Assembly (NCBI GenBank): GCA_038087875.1
Contig: CM075998.1
Coordinates: 7,132,001 to 7,196,000, forward strand
Reading direction: 5' to 3'
DNA length: 64,000 nt
DNA from: Malacoraja senta
Taxonomy: Eukaryota
The translations under genes and the position numbers were made by a program. Below the pieces are notes generated by a model. It was not told the origin of the DNA, searched no databases, and saw only the letters and a program-made list of their open reading frames with translations. The number at the start of each line of letters is the position of its first letter. The stretch's first letter is position 1. Positions 24,125-36,615 of the stretch are shown here, piece by piece.

Positions 24125-25712
24125 GAGAAACAGGAAACAAAGAGGGTTAGAAACAGGAAACAAAGAGCAGGATTAACGGGTCCCTTTCAGAATGGCAGGC
24201 AGTGACTAGTGGGGTACCGCAAGGCTCGGTGCTGGGACCTCAGGTATTTACAAAATACATTAATGATTCAGATGATGGTATTAGGAGTAACATTAGCAAA
24301 TTTGCAGATGACACAAAGCTGGGTAGGAGTGTGAATTGTGAGGAGGATGCTATGAGGATGCAGGGTGACTTGGACAGGTTGGGTGAGTGGGCAGATGCAG
24401 TTTAATGTGGATAAATGTGAGGTTGTCCACTTTGGTGGCAAGAACAGGAAGGCAGATTATTATCTGAATGGTGTCAAGTTCGGAAAAGGGGAAGTACAAC
24501 AAGATCTGGGGGTCCTTGTTCATCAGTCACTGAAATTAAGCATGCAGGTACAGCAGGCAGTGAAGAAAGCTAATAGCATGTTGGCCTTCACAACAAGAGG
24601 AGTTGAGTAAAGGATCAAAGAGGTCCTTTTACAGTTGTACAGGGCCCTGGTGAGACCACACCTGGAGTATTGTGTGCAGTTTTGGTCTCCAAATTTGAGG
24701 AAGGACATTCTTGCCAGTGAGTGCAGCACAGGTTCACGAGGTTAACATAGAAAACATTGAAAATAGGCGCAGGAGGAGGCCATTCGGCCCTTCGAGCCAG
24801 CACCGCCATTCATTGTGATCATGGCTGATCGTCCCCTATCAATAACCCGTGCCTGCCTTCTCCCCATATCCGTTGACTCCACTAACCCATGGAGCTCTAT
24901 CTAACTCTCTCTTAAATCCATCCAGTGACTTGGCCTCCACTGCCCTCTGTGGCAGGGAATTCCACAGATTCACAACTCTCTGGGTGAAAAAGTTTTTCCT
25001 CATCTCAGTCTTAAATGACCTCCCCTTTATTCTAAGACTGTGGCCCCTGGTTCTGGACTCGCCCAACATTGGGAACATTTTTCCTGCATCTAGCTTGTCC
25101 AGTCCTTTTATAATTTTATATGTTTCTATAAGATCACCCCTCATCCTTCTAAACTCCAGTGAATACAAGCCTAGTCTTTTCAATCTTTCCTCATATCACA
25201 GTCTCGCCATCCCAGGGATCAATCTCGTGAACCTACGCTGCACTGCCTCAATCACATTCCCGGGATTAATTCCCGGGATGGCAGGACTGTTATATGTCGA
25301 AAGAATGGAGCAGCTGGGCTTGTATGCACTGAAATTTAGGATGAGAGGGCATCTTATTGAAACATATAAGATTATTAAGAGGCAGGAAACATGTTCCCGA
25401 TGTTGGGGGAGTCCAGAACCAGGAGTTCAGAATAAGGGATAGGCCATTTAGAACGAAGATGAGGAGAAACCTCTTCACCCAGAGAGTTGTGAATCTCTGG
25501 AATTCTCTGCCTCATAAGGCAGTGGAGGCCAATTCTCTGGGTGCTTTCAATAGAGAGTTAGATGGAGCTCTTAAAGATAGCAGAGTCAAGGGATAAGGGG
25601 AGAAGGCAGGAACGGGGTACTGATTGGGGATGATCAGCCATGATCACATTGAATGGCGGTGCTGGCTCGAAGGGCCGAATGGCCTGCTCCTGCACCAATT
25701 GTCTATTGTCTA
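24125..25712. mobile_element. Intronic nested CR1 fragments: + copy (24125-24745 and 25255-25712) interrupted by a - copy 3' end (24746-25252)
   Basis: SGVPQGSVLGP..FADDTKLG on +; LGLYSLEFRRMRGDLIETYK on both strands. Confidence 0.88.
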
Positions 25713-26022
25713 TTGGAGGAACAGAAATAAATAAGCCTGCTCTTAACGGGAAAAGATGACTCACAGCACCAGAGACCTGGGTTCGATCCTGACTGCGGGT
25801 AAATTAAGAGTTGGTGTTCAGTTTATTGTCACGTATACAGGTGCAGTGAAAAGCTGGTCAGCGTGGGCGAGTTGGGGCGAGGGGCCTGTTCCCGTGCGGT
25901 ATCTCTAAACTAAACTAGTGTGAACGGGTGATCGTTGGTCGGCGCGGACTATGCGTGACACTACGACTCTCTGCTATGGGTTTAGTGTCAACAAAATCAA
26001 TTAGGACATTACGAGAACTTAC

Positions 26023-26141
26023 CAGAACCTTCCAGAGTGTAGTGAGGTGCGACACATGTGTACGTGTTCCTCGCTCGGAAAAGAGTAGAGGTGTAGTTCT
26101 CCGGCCATTCCGAAGATACTGAGGGATTCCACAGTCCATTG
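26023..26141 (-). CDS. C1s-like exon: CCP2 first half; 119 bp, one base short (frameshift at ~26097-26104)
   Basis: aag|..MDCGIPQYLRNGR / NYTSTLFRARNTYTCVAPHYTLEGS|gtaagt; the two halves are in different frames. Confidence 0.85.
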
Positions 26142-26879
26142 CTTTGGGAGAGAAGAGATACATCTTAGTTACATTTGGTTTCGACGTACAGCGCGGAACA
26201 GGCCCCTTGGTCCACCGAGTCCATGCCGACCAGCTATCGCCCATTCATACTAGCTTAGTGTAGAGATACAGCGCGGAAACAGGCCCTTCGGCCCATCGCG
26301 CCAACCAGCAATCACCCCGGACACAAGCATTATCCTACACAATAGCGACAATTTACATTGTTTGACTGAAGCCGACAAACCTGTACGTCTTTGGACTGTG
26401 GGAGGAAACAGGATGATCTCACGCTTCCGGCTCCTACATCCCAACTCCCCTTCTCTATAATCCCCTCCCCTTCGGCCCCTACACCCTCTTTCCCCATCTC
26501 TGTAACTCCCTTCCCTCTGGTCCCGACACCCCCTCCTCCCCGTCCATGTAACCCCCTCTCCCCGCCTCCGTAACCGCCTCCCCTCCGGCCCCTACACCGC
26601 TCTCCCAGTCTCTGTGACCCCTCTTCTCCAGCTCCTACACCCCACTCCTCGTCCCTGTGAACCCCTTCTCTCCAGCCCCTGCACCTCTCTCCTCGTCCCT
26701 GTGACTCCTCTTCTCCAGCTCCTACACCGCTCTCGCCATCTCCGTAACCGCCTTCCCTCAGGCCCCTGTACCCCTCCGTCCCTGTGACCCCTTCTCCTGC
26801 CCCTACACCCCTCTCCCAGTCCCGTGACCCCTCCCCTCCGGTCCCTACACCCCCGGCAGGAAGTGGGCGGGAAACTTAC

Positions 26880-26967
26880 GGACACACTCAAAAGAGGAGA
26901 CATTCCAGGTACCATCAATCTGACATTTGAAGTTCTTGGAAGAGTGGTGTCTTGTCTGAATCTTGTC
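26880..26967 (-). CDS. C1s-like exon: CCP1 second half
   Basis: ttcag|DKIQTRHHSSKNFKCQIDGTWNVSSFECV|gtaagt; 88 bp, phase 0/1. Confidence 0.88.
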
Positions 26968-27481
26968 CTGAAGAGAGAGAGAGAGAGAGAGAGAGAGGGA
27001 CTGAAAGGGAACGGGAGACGGGAGGGGAAGAGAAGGGAGCGTCGTACGGTGAGAGGAGGAGAAGGGGAGAGGAAGAAGTGCCGCACTGCTGGAGGGGGCA
27101 GTGGGTGGGGGAGAGGAGGGAGCGGCGCACTGTGGGGGGGGGGGAGGGGAGAGGGGAGGGAGCGCAACACTGTGGGGGGGGGGGAGGGGAGAGGGGAGGT
27201 GCGCAACACTGGGAGACGGCGAGGAGGGGATGGGGGAATATCAAACAGGGAGTGAAGGAAAGGATAGAAATTAGGGGTGGATAGAACAAGAGGGTGTTTA
27301 GAGAGTGAAGAAAGCGAAATGGAGGGAGAAGGGATGGAGAGAGAAAGGAAGGGGGTGGAGAGAGAGGGGAATGAAGAGAGGGGAATGGAGAGAGAGAGGG
27401 GGGACTGGAGAAAGAATGGAGAGAGAGGGGTGGAGAGAGGGGGGGAGGGGTAGAGAGAGAGAGAGAGAGAGTGAGAGAGGT

Positions 27482-27538
<57 letters not shown>

Positions 27539-27566
27539 GAGAGAGAAAGAAACAGACAGACAGAGA

Positions 27567-27644
<78 letters not shown>

Positions 27645-27909
27645 GATGGAAATAGGGAGTGAGAGAGGAGGGGTGTAGAGAGAGGGGTAGAGAAAGAGAG
27701 CAAGAGAGAATAGAAAGAGATGGAAAGGGGGAAAGGGCATGGGGAGAGCGAGAGGAGGTGATGGATCGAGAGAGGGAAATGGAGAGAGAGGGAGATGCGA
27801 GAGAAGGGGAATTGAGGGAGAGAGGGATGGGAGAGGGGGGAGCAAGAGACGAAATATAGAGAATGGAGAGAGAGGAGGAATGGCGAGTGAGACAGGAGAG
27901 ACGGGGGAC

Positions 27910-27960
<51 letters not shown>

Positions 27961-27997
27961 GAATGGAGAGGATGGAGAGGGGAGGGTGCACATTTAC

Positions 27998-28110
27998 GTA
28001 AAGTTCGTAGCCCTTCATACAACGAACGTCGACTGTGTCTCGGTAGAAATATTCGGACTGAATCTGCGAGATAACTCCGTGTGGGATGAAATCCGGAGGA
28101 CATTGTTTCG
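27998..28110 (-). CDS. C1s-like exon: CCP1 first half
   Basis: acag|..KQCPPDFIPHGVISQIQSEYFYRDTVDVRCMKGYELY|gtaaat; phase 1/0 (an in-frame alternative donor 6 nt further on is possible). Confidence 0.87.
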
Positions 28111-28567
28111 CTGTGGGAGGGGTAACGAGATGTAAACGTTTTTCACTGTACCTCGATACACGTGACAATAAACTCAACTGCAACTGAAAATGAAAAGAGG
28201 GGACATGTAAAACTGTGGAGATATGGAGGGGTGTCGAGGCCAGAGGGGAGGGGGTCACAGAGGCGGGGAGCGGGGGTGTAGGGGGCCGGGAGGGGAGGGG
28301 GTTACAGAGACGGGGAGAGGGGGTGTAGGGGCCGGGAGGGGAGGGGGTTACAGAGACGGGGAGAGGGGGTGTAGGGAGTAGGGGAGGGGGTTACAGAGAC
28401 GGGAAGAGGGGGTGTAGGGGGGAGGGGAGGGGGTTACAGAGACGGGGACATGGATGTCGAGGCCAGAGCGAGGGGGTTATGGCGACGGAGAGAAGTGTGC
28501 AGGGGCCGGAGGATAGAGGGGAAGGGGTTACAGAGACGGACAGGGCGTGAAGGAGTTCGGGTTTAAC

Positions 28568-28715
28568 CTGTCGAGCGATATTTAATCTTCCAGCCTCGTC
28601 TCTCTCCTCGCCCGTCTGTACTAAACGTCACGTCCACTGTATTATCTAATTGTTCGTGGATACGCGGTGCCCTCTCTCCACAAAAAGGACCGTACTCTCT
28701 CCCTCCAGAGGTTAT
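28568..28715 (-). CDS. C1s-like exon: CUB2 second half
   Basis: gacag|ITSGGREYGPFCGERAPRIHEQLDNTVDVTFSTDGRGERRGWKIKYRST|gttaaa; 148 bp, phase 0/1. Upstream exons were not found before the gap. Confidence 0.9.
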
Positions 28716-28819
28716 CTGTCAAAGAACAAGCCCCGTTAGTCCCTGGACGCCTCCCTGCTTCACTCTGATCCTTCCCCTGCGACCCACGCCTTCGACAACC
28801 CTCCCTCGCACCTGGAACC

Positions 28820-29095
28820 CTGACACGGTGGCGCAGCGGTAGAGTTGCTGCCTTACAGCGAATGCAGCGCCGGAGACCCGGGTTCAATCCCGAGCACGGG
28901 TGCTGTCTGTACGGAGTTTGTACCTTCTCCCCGTGACCTGCGTGGGTTTTCTCCGAGATCTTCGTGTTGGAAGAAACATGTTTGTAGGTTAATTGGCTTG
29001 ATAAATATAAAATTTGTCCCTAGTGGGTGTAGATAGTGTTAATTTGCGGGGATCGCTGGTCGACGCCTGGCCTGCTTCCGTGCTGTATCTCTAAA
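28820..29095 (+). mobile_element. tRNA-derived V-SINE (HE1-like); opposite-strand copy at ~29370-29565
   Basis: A-box GGTGGCGCAGCGGTAGAG, B-box GGTTCAATCCC, V-domain GTGGGTTTTCTCC. Confidence 0.8.
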
Positions 29096-29589
29096 TATTG
29101 AGTCAAGACCGAAAGAGGCAGGAATGCAGGGTGAACAAGCGATTAGTCACAAGAGGCTAGTATACAGGGTGAACAAGCGATTGATTAGTCACAAGAGGGT
29201 AGTATACAGAGCAGACAAGCAATTAGTTATAAGAGACTAGTAGCAGGGCAGCAAGCAAGCACGGAAACAGGCCCTTCAGCCCAATTAGTTCACGCCGACC
29301 AACATCTGGATCTGGGTGTAGTAGCTGATAAGCTACTGGACAATTTTATACTGGACAATTTTTACATTTATCAAGCCAATTAACCAACAAACCTGTACGT
29401 CTTTGGAGTGTTGGAGGAAACCGAAGGTCTCGGCAAAACCCCACGCAGATCACGGGGAGAACGTACAAACTCCATACAGCCAGCACCCGTAGTCGGGATC
29501 GAACCCGGGTCTCTGGCGCCGCATTTTGCTGTAAGGCAGCAACTCTACCGCTGCGCCACCGCGACTGCCCTTCTGCACTAATCTCGCCT

Positions 29590-30636
29590 GCCTGCGTTGT
29601 CCCATATACCTCTAAACCTGTCTATTTATGTACCTGCCCACACGTTTCTTACTCGTTGCGATGGTACCTGCAACAACTACCTCCTCTGGCAACTCGTTCC
29701 ATACCTTTTGTGTGAAAAAATTACCTCACAATATATTCTTATTAAATATCCCCCACCAGCCCTCACCTTAAACCTATGCCCTCTAGTTGTCGATTCACCT
29801 ACTCTGTGCATCTACACGATCTATTCCTCTCATGATTTTGTCCACCTCTATAAGATCACCCTCATCCTCCTGTGCTCCAAGGAATCAATTCCTAGCCTGC
29901 TCAACCTCTCCTTATAGCTCAGCCTCCACGAGTCCTGGCAACATCCTCGTAAATCTTCTCTGCACCCTTTCCAGCTTGACATCTTTCCAATAACATGGTG
30001 CCCAGAACTGAACACAATACTCTGATTGTGGCCTTACCAACGTCCTGCAACATGACCTCCCAACCTCCATACTCAATACAAGTGCAATGTGCCAAAAAAA
30101 CTGTTTGACCACACTGTGATGCCACTTTGAAGGAACTATATACCTGCAATGCTAGATCCCTCTGTTCTGCAATACTCCCTGTATACCTGTGACACCACTT
30201 TAGGGAACTATGTACCTACAGTTCTTGACCCTTCTGCTCCACAACACTCCCCAGACCCCTGTCCATCAAACGCTCCTCATATGTTAACCCAATCATAGAT
30301 ATATAGAAAATAGGTGATGGAGGAGGCCATTCGGCCCTTCGAGCCTGCACCGCCATTCATTGTGATCATGGCTGATCATCCACAATTAGTAACTCGTGCC
30401 TGCCTTCTCCCCATATCCCTTGATACCACTAGCCCCAATCCTCTGGCTTCCGGCTACCCTTTGCTGCGTTATACATCTTTTCTTTTAGTTTTATTCTACC
30501 CCTAACTTCTCTTGTCAGCCATGGTTGCCTCCTACTCCAGTTAGAATCTATCTTCCTTTTTGGAATGAAATGATCCTGGTCTTCCGGATTATTCCCAGAA
30601 ATTCCCGCCATTGCTGTTCCACCGTCATTCCTGCTA
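29590..30636 (-). mobile_element. CR1-type LINE fragments
   Basis: [29 protein letters not shown]; 3' UTR copy at 30300-30440; PWLTREVR motif near 30500-30560. Confidence 0.8.
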
Positions 30637-30836
30637 NNNNNNNNNNNNNNNNNNNNNNNNNNNNNNNNNNNNNNNNNNNNNNNNNNNNNNNNNNNNNNNN
30701 NNNNNNNNNNNNNNNNNNNNNNNNNNNNNNNNNNNNNNNNNNNNNNNNNNNNNNNNNNNNNNNNNNNNNNNNNNNNNNNNNNNNNNNNNNNNNNNNNNNN
30801 NNNNNNNNNNNNNNNNNNNNNNNNNNNNNNNNNNNN
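30637..30836. other. Assembly gap (200 N)
   Basis: Run of N. Confidence 1.
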
Positions 30837-33800
30837 CTCTCTCTCTGCCCTTCTCTCTTCACAGCCCGCGACTCGACTCATGCACGCCCGCTCCAACCCC
30901 CCCCTTCACCTCTCTCCCCCATCCTCTCTTTCCTCTCTCCACCCCTCTCCTCTCTCCCCCTTCCTCTCCACCCTCCTCCTCCCCATCTTCAAATTTTTTG
31001 TTCTAACATTAAATTTTCCCTCTGCCCCAACACCTCTGGACGCATCTGAGAGGTGAGGGCTATTCGTCAGTGGATAGGGTGGAGATGGGATAAAAGAAGC
31101 AAATTAAAAAATTAATATAATATCAAGGGGTGTGATGAGTGTGTGTGTTTGTGGGTGCCGGATTCCGTGCTTTGGAGGTAGGGGTGATTAGTGTGACGCC
31201 ACAGCATCCTCCCCCCGCAAACACACGTTCGGTGTCCAGACCCAATGGGTCTGCACTTGGCCTAGTCTATTATATAACACTCTGTGGCTGTCATCCGTCT
31301 GTACGTCCAACGTTCTGCTTGACTTGTGCCACGCTGCTCCTTTGATACCGCCCCACGCCCACGCTGCACGCGGAAACGCCAATATTTTTTACCGTTTCTA
31401 AAGAGATTACGTTTATCTTTACGAATAGACACTCCTGATTAAATTTGGTCGTGTTTATGTACACTTTTTAAAATAAAATACTTCTCACCCCCCCCCAAAC
31501 CAAACATTTCAAAATGTTTAAAAAAAATATCTCAGCCATAGAATGTTAGTAAAGATTCCGTTGTGTGATGTCACAATGCTCACAGATGTCCAATCGGAAT
31601 GGATCCATTTACATATGCCTTCGCAGCAGCCCGAGCCCCAGCCCCCCCCCACCCCGCAGCCTGTGTCGAAGGGCGTCATCACGTTTGTGGAAATAAAGAG
31701 GATTGGGGGTGATAGGGAATGGGGAGCAGATGGACTGTCCCTACCCCTCCTACTTCAACTCTTCCTCCCCACTCTTCCCCCTCTCTCCTCTCCCCTCCCA
31801 CACCCTCTCTTCCCCCTCCACCACCCCTCTTCACCCCATCTCCCCCCACCCCCTTCACCTCTCTCTTGCACCACTCCCCGCTACCCCCCTGCCCCTCACT
31901 CCCCACTGTTCCACTCTCCCCCCCTCCCTCTCTTCCCCCTACTCCTCTCCCCTTCCCCTCATCCCCTCCCCCCCTTCCCGCTCTCCTCCTACTCCAAACT
32001 CTCCTCCCCCTCCCTCTCACCCACCCTGATCTCCTCTCCCTCCCCAATCTCTCCCCTTTCCTCTTCCCCCTCTCCCCTCCCTCCCCCTCTCCTCTTCTCA
32101 ACCCCACCCCATCTCCCTCTCCCCTCTTCTCTACCCACCCCGTCTTCCTCTCCCCCCTCCCCCCCTCCCCCAAGTGTGTTTGGGGGGTGTTTAGTGTGAG
32201 TGTGATGCCGCAGTCCCCCCCTCCCGCAAACGCGCGTTGGGAAAACAGCCCGCCAACAGTATCGCTGTCTTTAAGACGGAACTTCAGATGCTGGAAAATC
32301 GAAGGTACACAAAAAAAACTGTATATCATCAGCGGGTTCAGCAGCATCTATGGATCAAAGAAAATATGCAACGTTTCGGTAGAAAACCATTCTGAGGATG
32401 GGCTTCGACCCAAAGCGTTGCCTATTTCTTTCGCTCCATAGATGCTGCTGCACCCGCTGTGTTTCTCCAGCTTTTTTTTGTGTACCAGTCTGTCTCTCCC
32501 CTCTCTCTCTCTCTCTGCCCTTCTCTCTTCACAGCCCGCGGCTCGACTCATGCACGCACGCTCCAACCCCCCCCCTTCACCTCTCTCCCCCATCCTCTCT
32601 TTCCTCACTCCACCCCTCTCCTCTCTCCCCCTTCTTCTCCACCCTCCCTCCCACTCTCCTCTTCTCTCCCCACCCCGTCTTCCCCTCCCCTCTTCTCTCC
32701 CCACCCCGTCTTCCTCTCCCCCCTCACCCCATCCCCCGAGTGTGTTTGGGGGTGGTTAGTGTGAGTTTGGGGGTGGTTAGTGTGAGTGTGATGCCGCAGC
32801 CCACCCACCCCTCCCGCAAACGCGAGTTGGGAAAACAGCCCGCCAACAGTGTCTCTGTCTTTAAGACGGAACTGCAGATGCTGGAAAATCGAAGGTACAC
32901 AAAAAAAAACTGTATATCATCAGCGGGTGCAGCAGCATCTATGGATCGAAGGAAATAGGCAACGTATCGGTAGAAAACCAGTCTGAGGATGGGCTTCGGC
33001 CCAAAGCGTTGCCTATTTCCTTCGCTCAATAGATGCTGCTGCACCCGCTGTGTTTCTTAAGCTTTTTTTTGTGTACCTGTCTCCCTGTCTCACCCCTATC
33101 TCTCTCTCTCTCTCTCTCTGCCCTTCTCTCTTCACAGCCCGCAGCTCAACTCATGAACACCCGCTCAAACCCCACCCCTTCACCTATCTCCCACATCCTC
33201 TCCTTCCTCTCTCCACACCCTCCTCTCTCTCCCCCTTCCTCCCCCCCAGCTGTCATCCGTCTGTACGTCCAACGTCCTGCTTGACTTGTGCCACGCAGAC
33301 CCTTTGATACCGCCCTACGCCCACGCAGCATGCGGAAACGCCGATATTTTTTACCATTTCTAAAGAGATTACATTTATCTTTACGAATAGACACTCCTGA
33401 TTAAATTTGGTCGTGTTTATGTACACTTATTAAAATAAAATACTTCTCACCCCCCCCAAACCAAACATTTCAAAATGTTTAAAAAAACAGCTCAGCCATA
33501 GAATGTTAGTAGATTCCGTTGTGTGATGTCACAATGCTCACAGATGTCCAATCGGAATGGATCCCTTTACATATGCCTTTGCAGCAGCCCCAGCCCCAGC
33601 CCCCCCACCCCCGCAGCCTGTGTCGAAGGGCGTCATCACGTTTGTGGAAATAGAGAAAGAGGATTGGGGGTGATAGGGAATGGGGAACAGATGGACTGTC
33701 CCTACCCCTCCTACTTCAACTCTCCCTCCCCACTCTTCCCCCTCTCTCCTCTCCGCCTCCCACCCCTCCCACGCCCTCTCTTCCCCCTCCACCACCCCTC

Positions 33801-34060
33801 TTCACCCCCAACTCCCCCCCACCCCCTTCACCGCTACCCCCCTGCCCCTCACTCCCCACTGTTCCCCTCTCCCTCTCCCACCTCTCTCCCCCCCCTCCCT
33901 CTCTTCCCCCTACTCCTCTTCCCTTCCCCTCATCCCCTCCCCCCTTCCCGCCCTCCCCGCTCTCCTCCCACTCCAAACTCTCCTCCCCTCCCTCTCACCC
34001 ACCCTGATCTCCTCTCCCTCCCCAATCTCTCCCCTTTCCTCCTCCCCCTCTCCCCATTCG
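30837..34060. repeat. Complex local tandem duplication (31289-32100 matches 33250-34055; 32180-32560 matches 32770-33160)
   Basis: Anchor CTGTCATCCGTCTGTACGTCCAACG at ~31289 and ~33250; anchor CCCTTCTCTCTTCACAGCCCGC occurs three times. Confidence 0.85.
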
Positions 34061-34462
34061 CGCCGTGTTTTCGAGAAGATGTGAAAACACACAAACAAAT
34101 AAATACACACACACACACACACATCCACATCCAAGATCAGAGTTTTATAAAGGATACAGAGGAAAGCTGATCATGGGATGACTGATTATTTGGGGGCGTT
34201 TCTACATATTTTTTGCTTAAAAAAAGACATTTATTTCATTGGAATACAACTTGGCTCCAGCAGGTTAACGAGCAAAAGTCCTTGTTTAGCGCATCTGGAG
34301 TCTTGCGGACGTCCACGGGTGGAGAGCGAGATCCCACTGTTCGTAGTTGAGGGGGGAACGGCCGGGGGACAGGAAGCGGTGACTCCGGATTAATACTGAC
34401 GGCTTTCGCCAACGAGAAGGCAGAGGAATGACGAAGGGCAGCATCTGTGGATAATATGGATA

Positions 34463-34497
34463 GGTGACGTTTCGGGTCGGGACCCTTCTTCAGACTG
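34463..34497 (-). ncRNA. Minimal type I hammerhead ribozyme motif (Penelope-associated)
   Basis: Minus strand CAGT-CTGAAGA-A-GGGT-CCCG-ACCC-GAAAC-GTC-ACC: CUGANGA and GAAA core boxes, stem II, palindromic ACGT stem III and a GUC site; stem I is weak. Confidence 0.7.
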
Positions 34498-34869
34498 ACA
34501 TGATGTTAACAGATGACGGGGTGATTGGCAGATGAGTGAAGTGACAGAGGCGAGAGAAAATAAGGAGATAAAAGGGTGTGAGATAAGGAGAGGAATGTAT
34601 ATGTGCAGCTTTAAGGGACATTGGTCAGGGAGCATTTGGAGTATTGCATACAGTTCTGGTTACTCCATTACAGGACTGATGTGGGGGCTTCAGGGAAGGT
34701 GCAGAGTGGTTTACCAGAATGGTTTAAAAACAAGGAATTCCAGATGCTGGTTTACAAAAAAGGACACAAAGTGCTGGAGTAACTCAGTGGGACAGACAGC
34801 ATCTCTGGAGAGAAGGGTCAAGACTGAAGAGGGTCTCGACCCGAAATGTTACTCATTCCTTCCAGCAAT

Positions 34870-36123
34870 TTGTGTCTACCTAAACAGTGCCTATCCACGT
34901 CACGGTGTGCCAGCAGGCTGGAGGAGCAGGCAAACGCCATGTCACAGAGCGGGCAGGTGAAGGGACGCTGGCCGGTGTGGACCCGCCGGTGCTCCAGCAG
35001 GTGGTCAAGGCGGGTGAAGCCCTTATCACAGGGCGGGCAGGGGAAGGGACGCTCACAGCTGTGGGTACACCAGTGCTGCCACAGGCTGCACATGCGGGTG
35101 AAACCCTTGCCACACTCAGCGCACTCAAAGGGTCTCTCTCCAGTGTGTATCCGCTGTTGCTCCCGCAGTCCCCGTGCGTTCTTGGAACGCTTGCCGCAGC
35201 GGGAGCAGCTGCTCGCCGGCGTGGGTCCGCCGGTGCTGCCGCAACCCCCGCGAGCTGTTAAACGCCTCACTGCAGTACGGGCATTCGTAGGGCTGGCCAC
35301 TGGTGTGCACGCGCTGGTGAGACAGGGCGTGTGAGGCCATGGCAAAGCGCTGTCCACACACCGGGCTAGGGAAGGGACGGTCGCCGGCGTGCACCCGCTG
35401 GTGGGACAGCAGCCTGGAAGAGCTGGCGAAACCCTTGCTGCACTGGGCGCAGGTGAAGGGACGCTCGCCAGTGTGGGTGCGCTGGTGCACCAGCAGATAG
35501 GTGGAACGGGTGAAGCCCTTGCCACACTGTGCACAGGTGTAGGGGCGTTCGCCGGTGTGGTTCCGCTGGTGTACCAGCAGGCTGTGGGACTGGGTGAAAC
35601 CCTTGCCGCAGTCGCTGCAGGTGTAGAGCCGCTCTCTAGTGTGCAGGCGCTTATGCGCCTTCAGGTCCCGCGACGACTTGAAGCCTTTGCCGCAGTTGGA
35701 GCAAGTGAAGGGCCGCTCACTGCTGTGCACCTGCTGGTGCACCCGCAGCCCCGACAACCGAGCAAAGCTCTTGCTGCAGGTGGAGCAGCCATAGGGCTTC
35801 TCGCCTGTGTGCACCCGCCGGTGGCGCTTCAGGTCATACGCCCTCTTGAAGCTCTTGCCGCAGTCGGAGCAGGTAAAGGGCATCTCGCCAGAATGCATCC
35901 GCTGGTGCTCCAGCAGATAGGTGGTGTTTGTGAAGCCCTTGCCGCACTGGGTGCAGGTGTAGGGGCGCTCGCCGGTGTGGGTGTGCTGGTGCTTCAGCAG
36001 GCTGGTGGAGCAGGTGAAGCCCTTGCCGCACTGGGCGCAGGTGTAGGGGCGCTCGCTGATGCGAGTGCGCTGGTCGCACTCATAACGCTTCTCCTTGGTG
36101 AGCCCCGTCATGTGGTCCTCCAT
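34870..36123 (-). CDS. Kruppel-type C2H2 zinc-finger array gene (about 14 fingers, several degenerate; frameshift at ~35200)
   Basis: ORF 35125-36123 has repeated CxxC..HxxxH-TGERPY/F units; further fingers lie in the frame of ORF 34818-35534; putative acceptor cctgcag at ~36233-36240 and upstream donor at ~36712. Confidence 0.9.
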
Positions 36124-36357
36124 TGAAGCTCAGCCCCTCGAAACTCAGCCCGCACACCGAGCAGATGGTGGTGGGGGCTCACCGGCACCCTGGCTGCCCC
36201 CGTCTCTCCGTCCACAGCAACGGCTACTAAACCCTGCAGGAGGGGAACACAGAGGATCATCAAGCTGGCAAACAGGACATTACTAACGCGTCAACATTAC
36301 TAGTGATTGAGGGTGAGGGGGTGGGGGGGGAGGGCAGGGGGGTGAGAGTGGGGGCAG

Positions 36358-36615
36358 GCTCTGGGTGAAAAAAACCTTTTCACCCAGAGAGTTGTGAATT
36401 TATGGAATTCCCTGCCACCGAGGGCAGTGGAGGCCAAATCACTGGATGGATTTAAGAGAGAGTTAGATAGACCTCTAGGGGCTAGTGGAATCAAGGGATA
36501 TGGGGAGAAGGCAGGCACGGGTTATTGATAGGGGACGATCAGCCATGATCACAATGAATGGCGGTGCTGGCTCGAAGGGCCGAATGGCCTCCTCCTGCAC
36601 CTATTTTCTATGTTT
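36358..36615 (+). mobile_element. CR1 3' end in the putative ZNF intron
   Basis: FTQRVVNLWNSLP..GYGEKAGTGY followed by the UTR tail. Confidence 0.85.

Noticed and set aside
26592..28258. Long minus-strand ORFs of 503 and 447 aa
   Set aside because: Mostly stop-free CT/GA microsatellite intron; only the short spliced CCP exons are real.
28820..28900. tRNA-like sequence with A and B boxes
   Set aside because: It is the head of a V-SINE, not a standalone tRNA gene.
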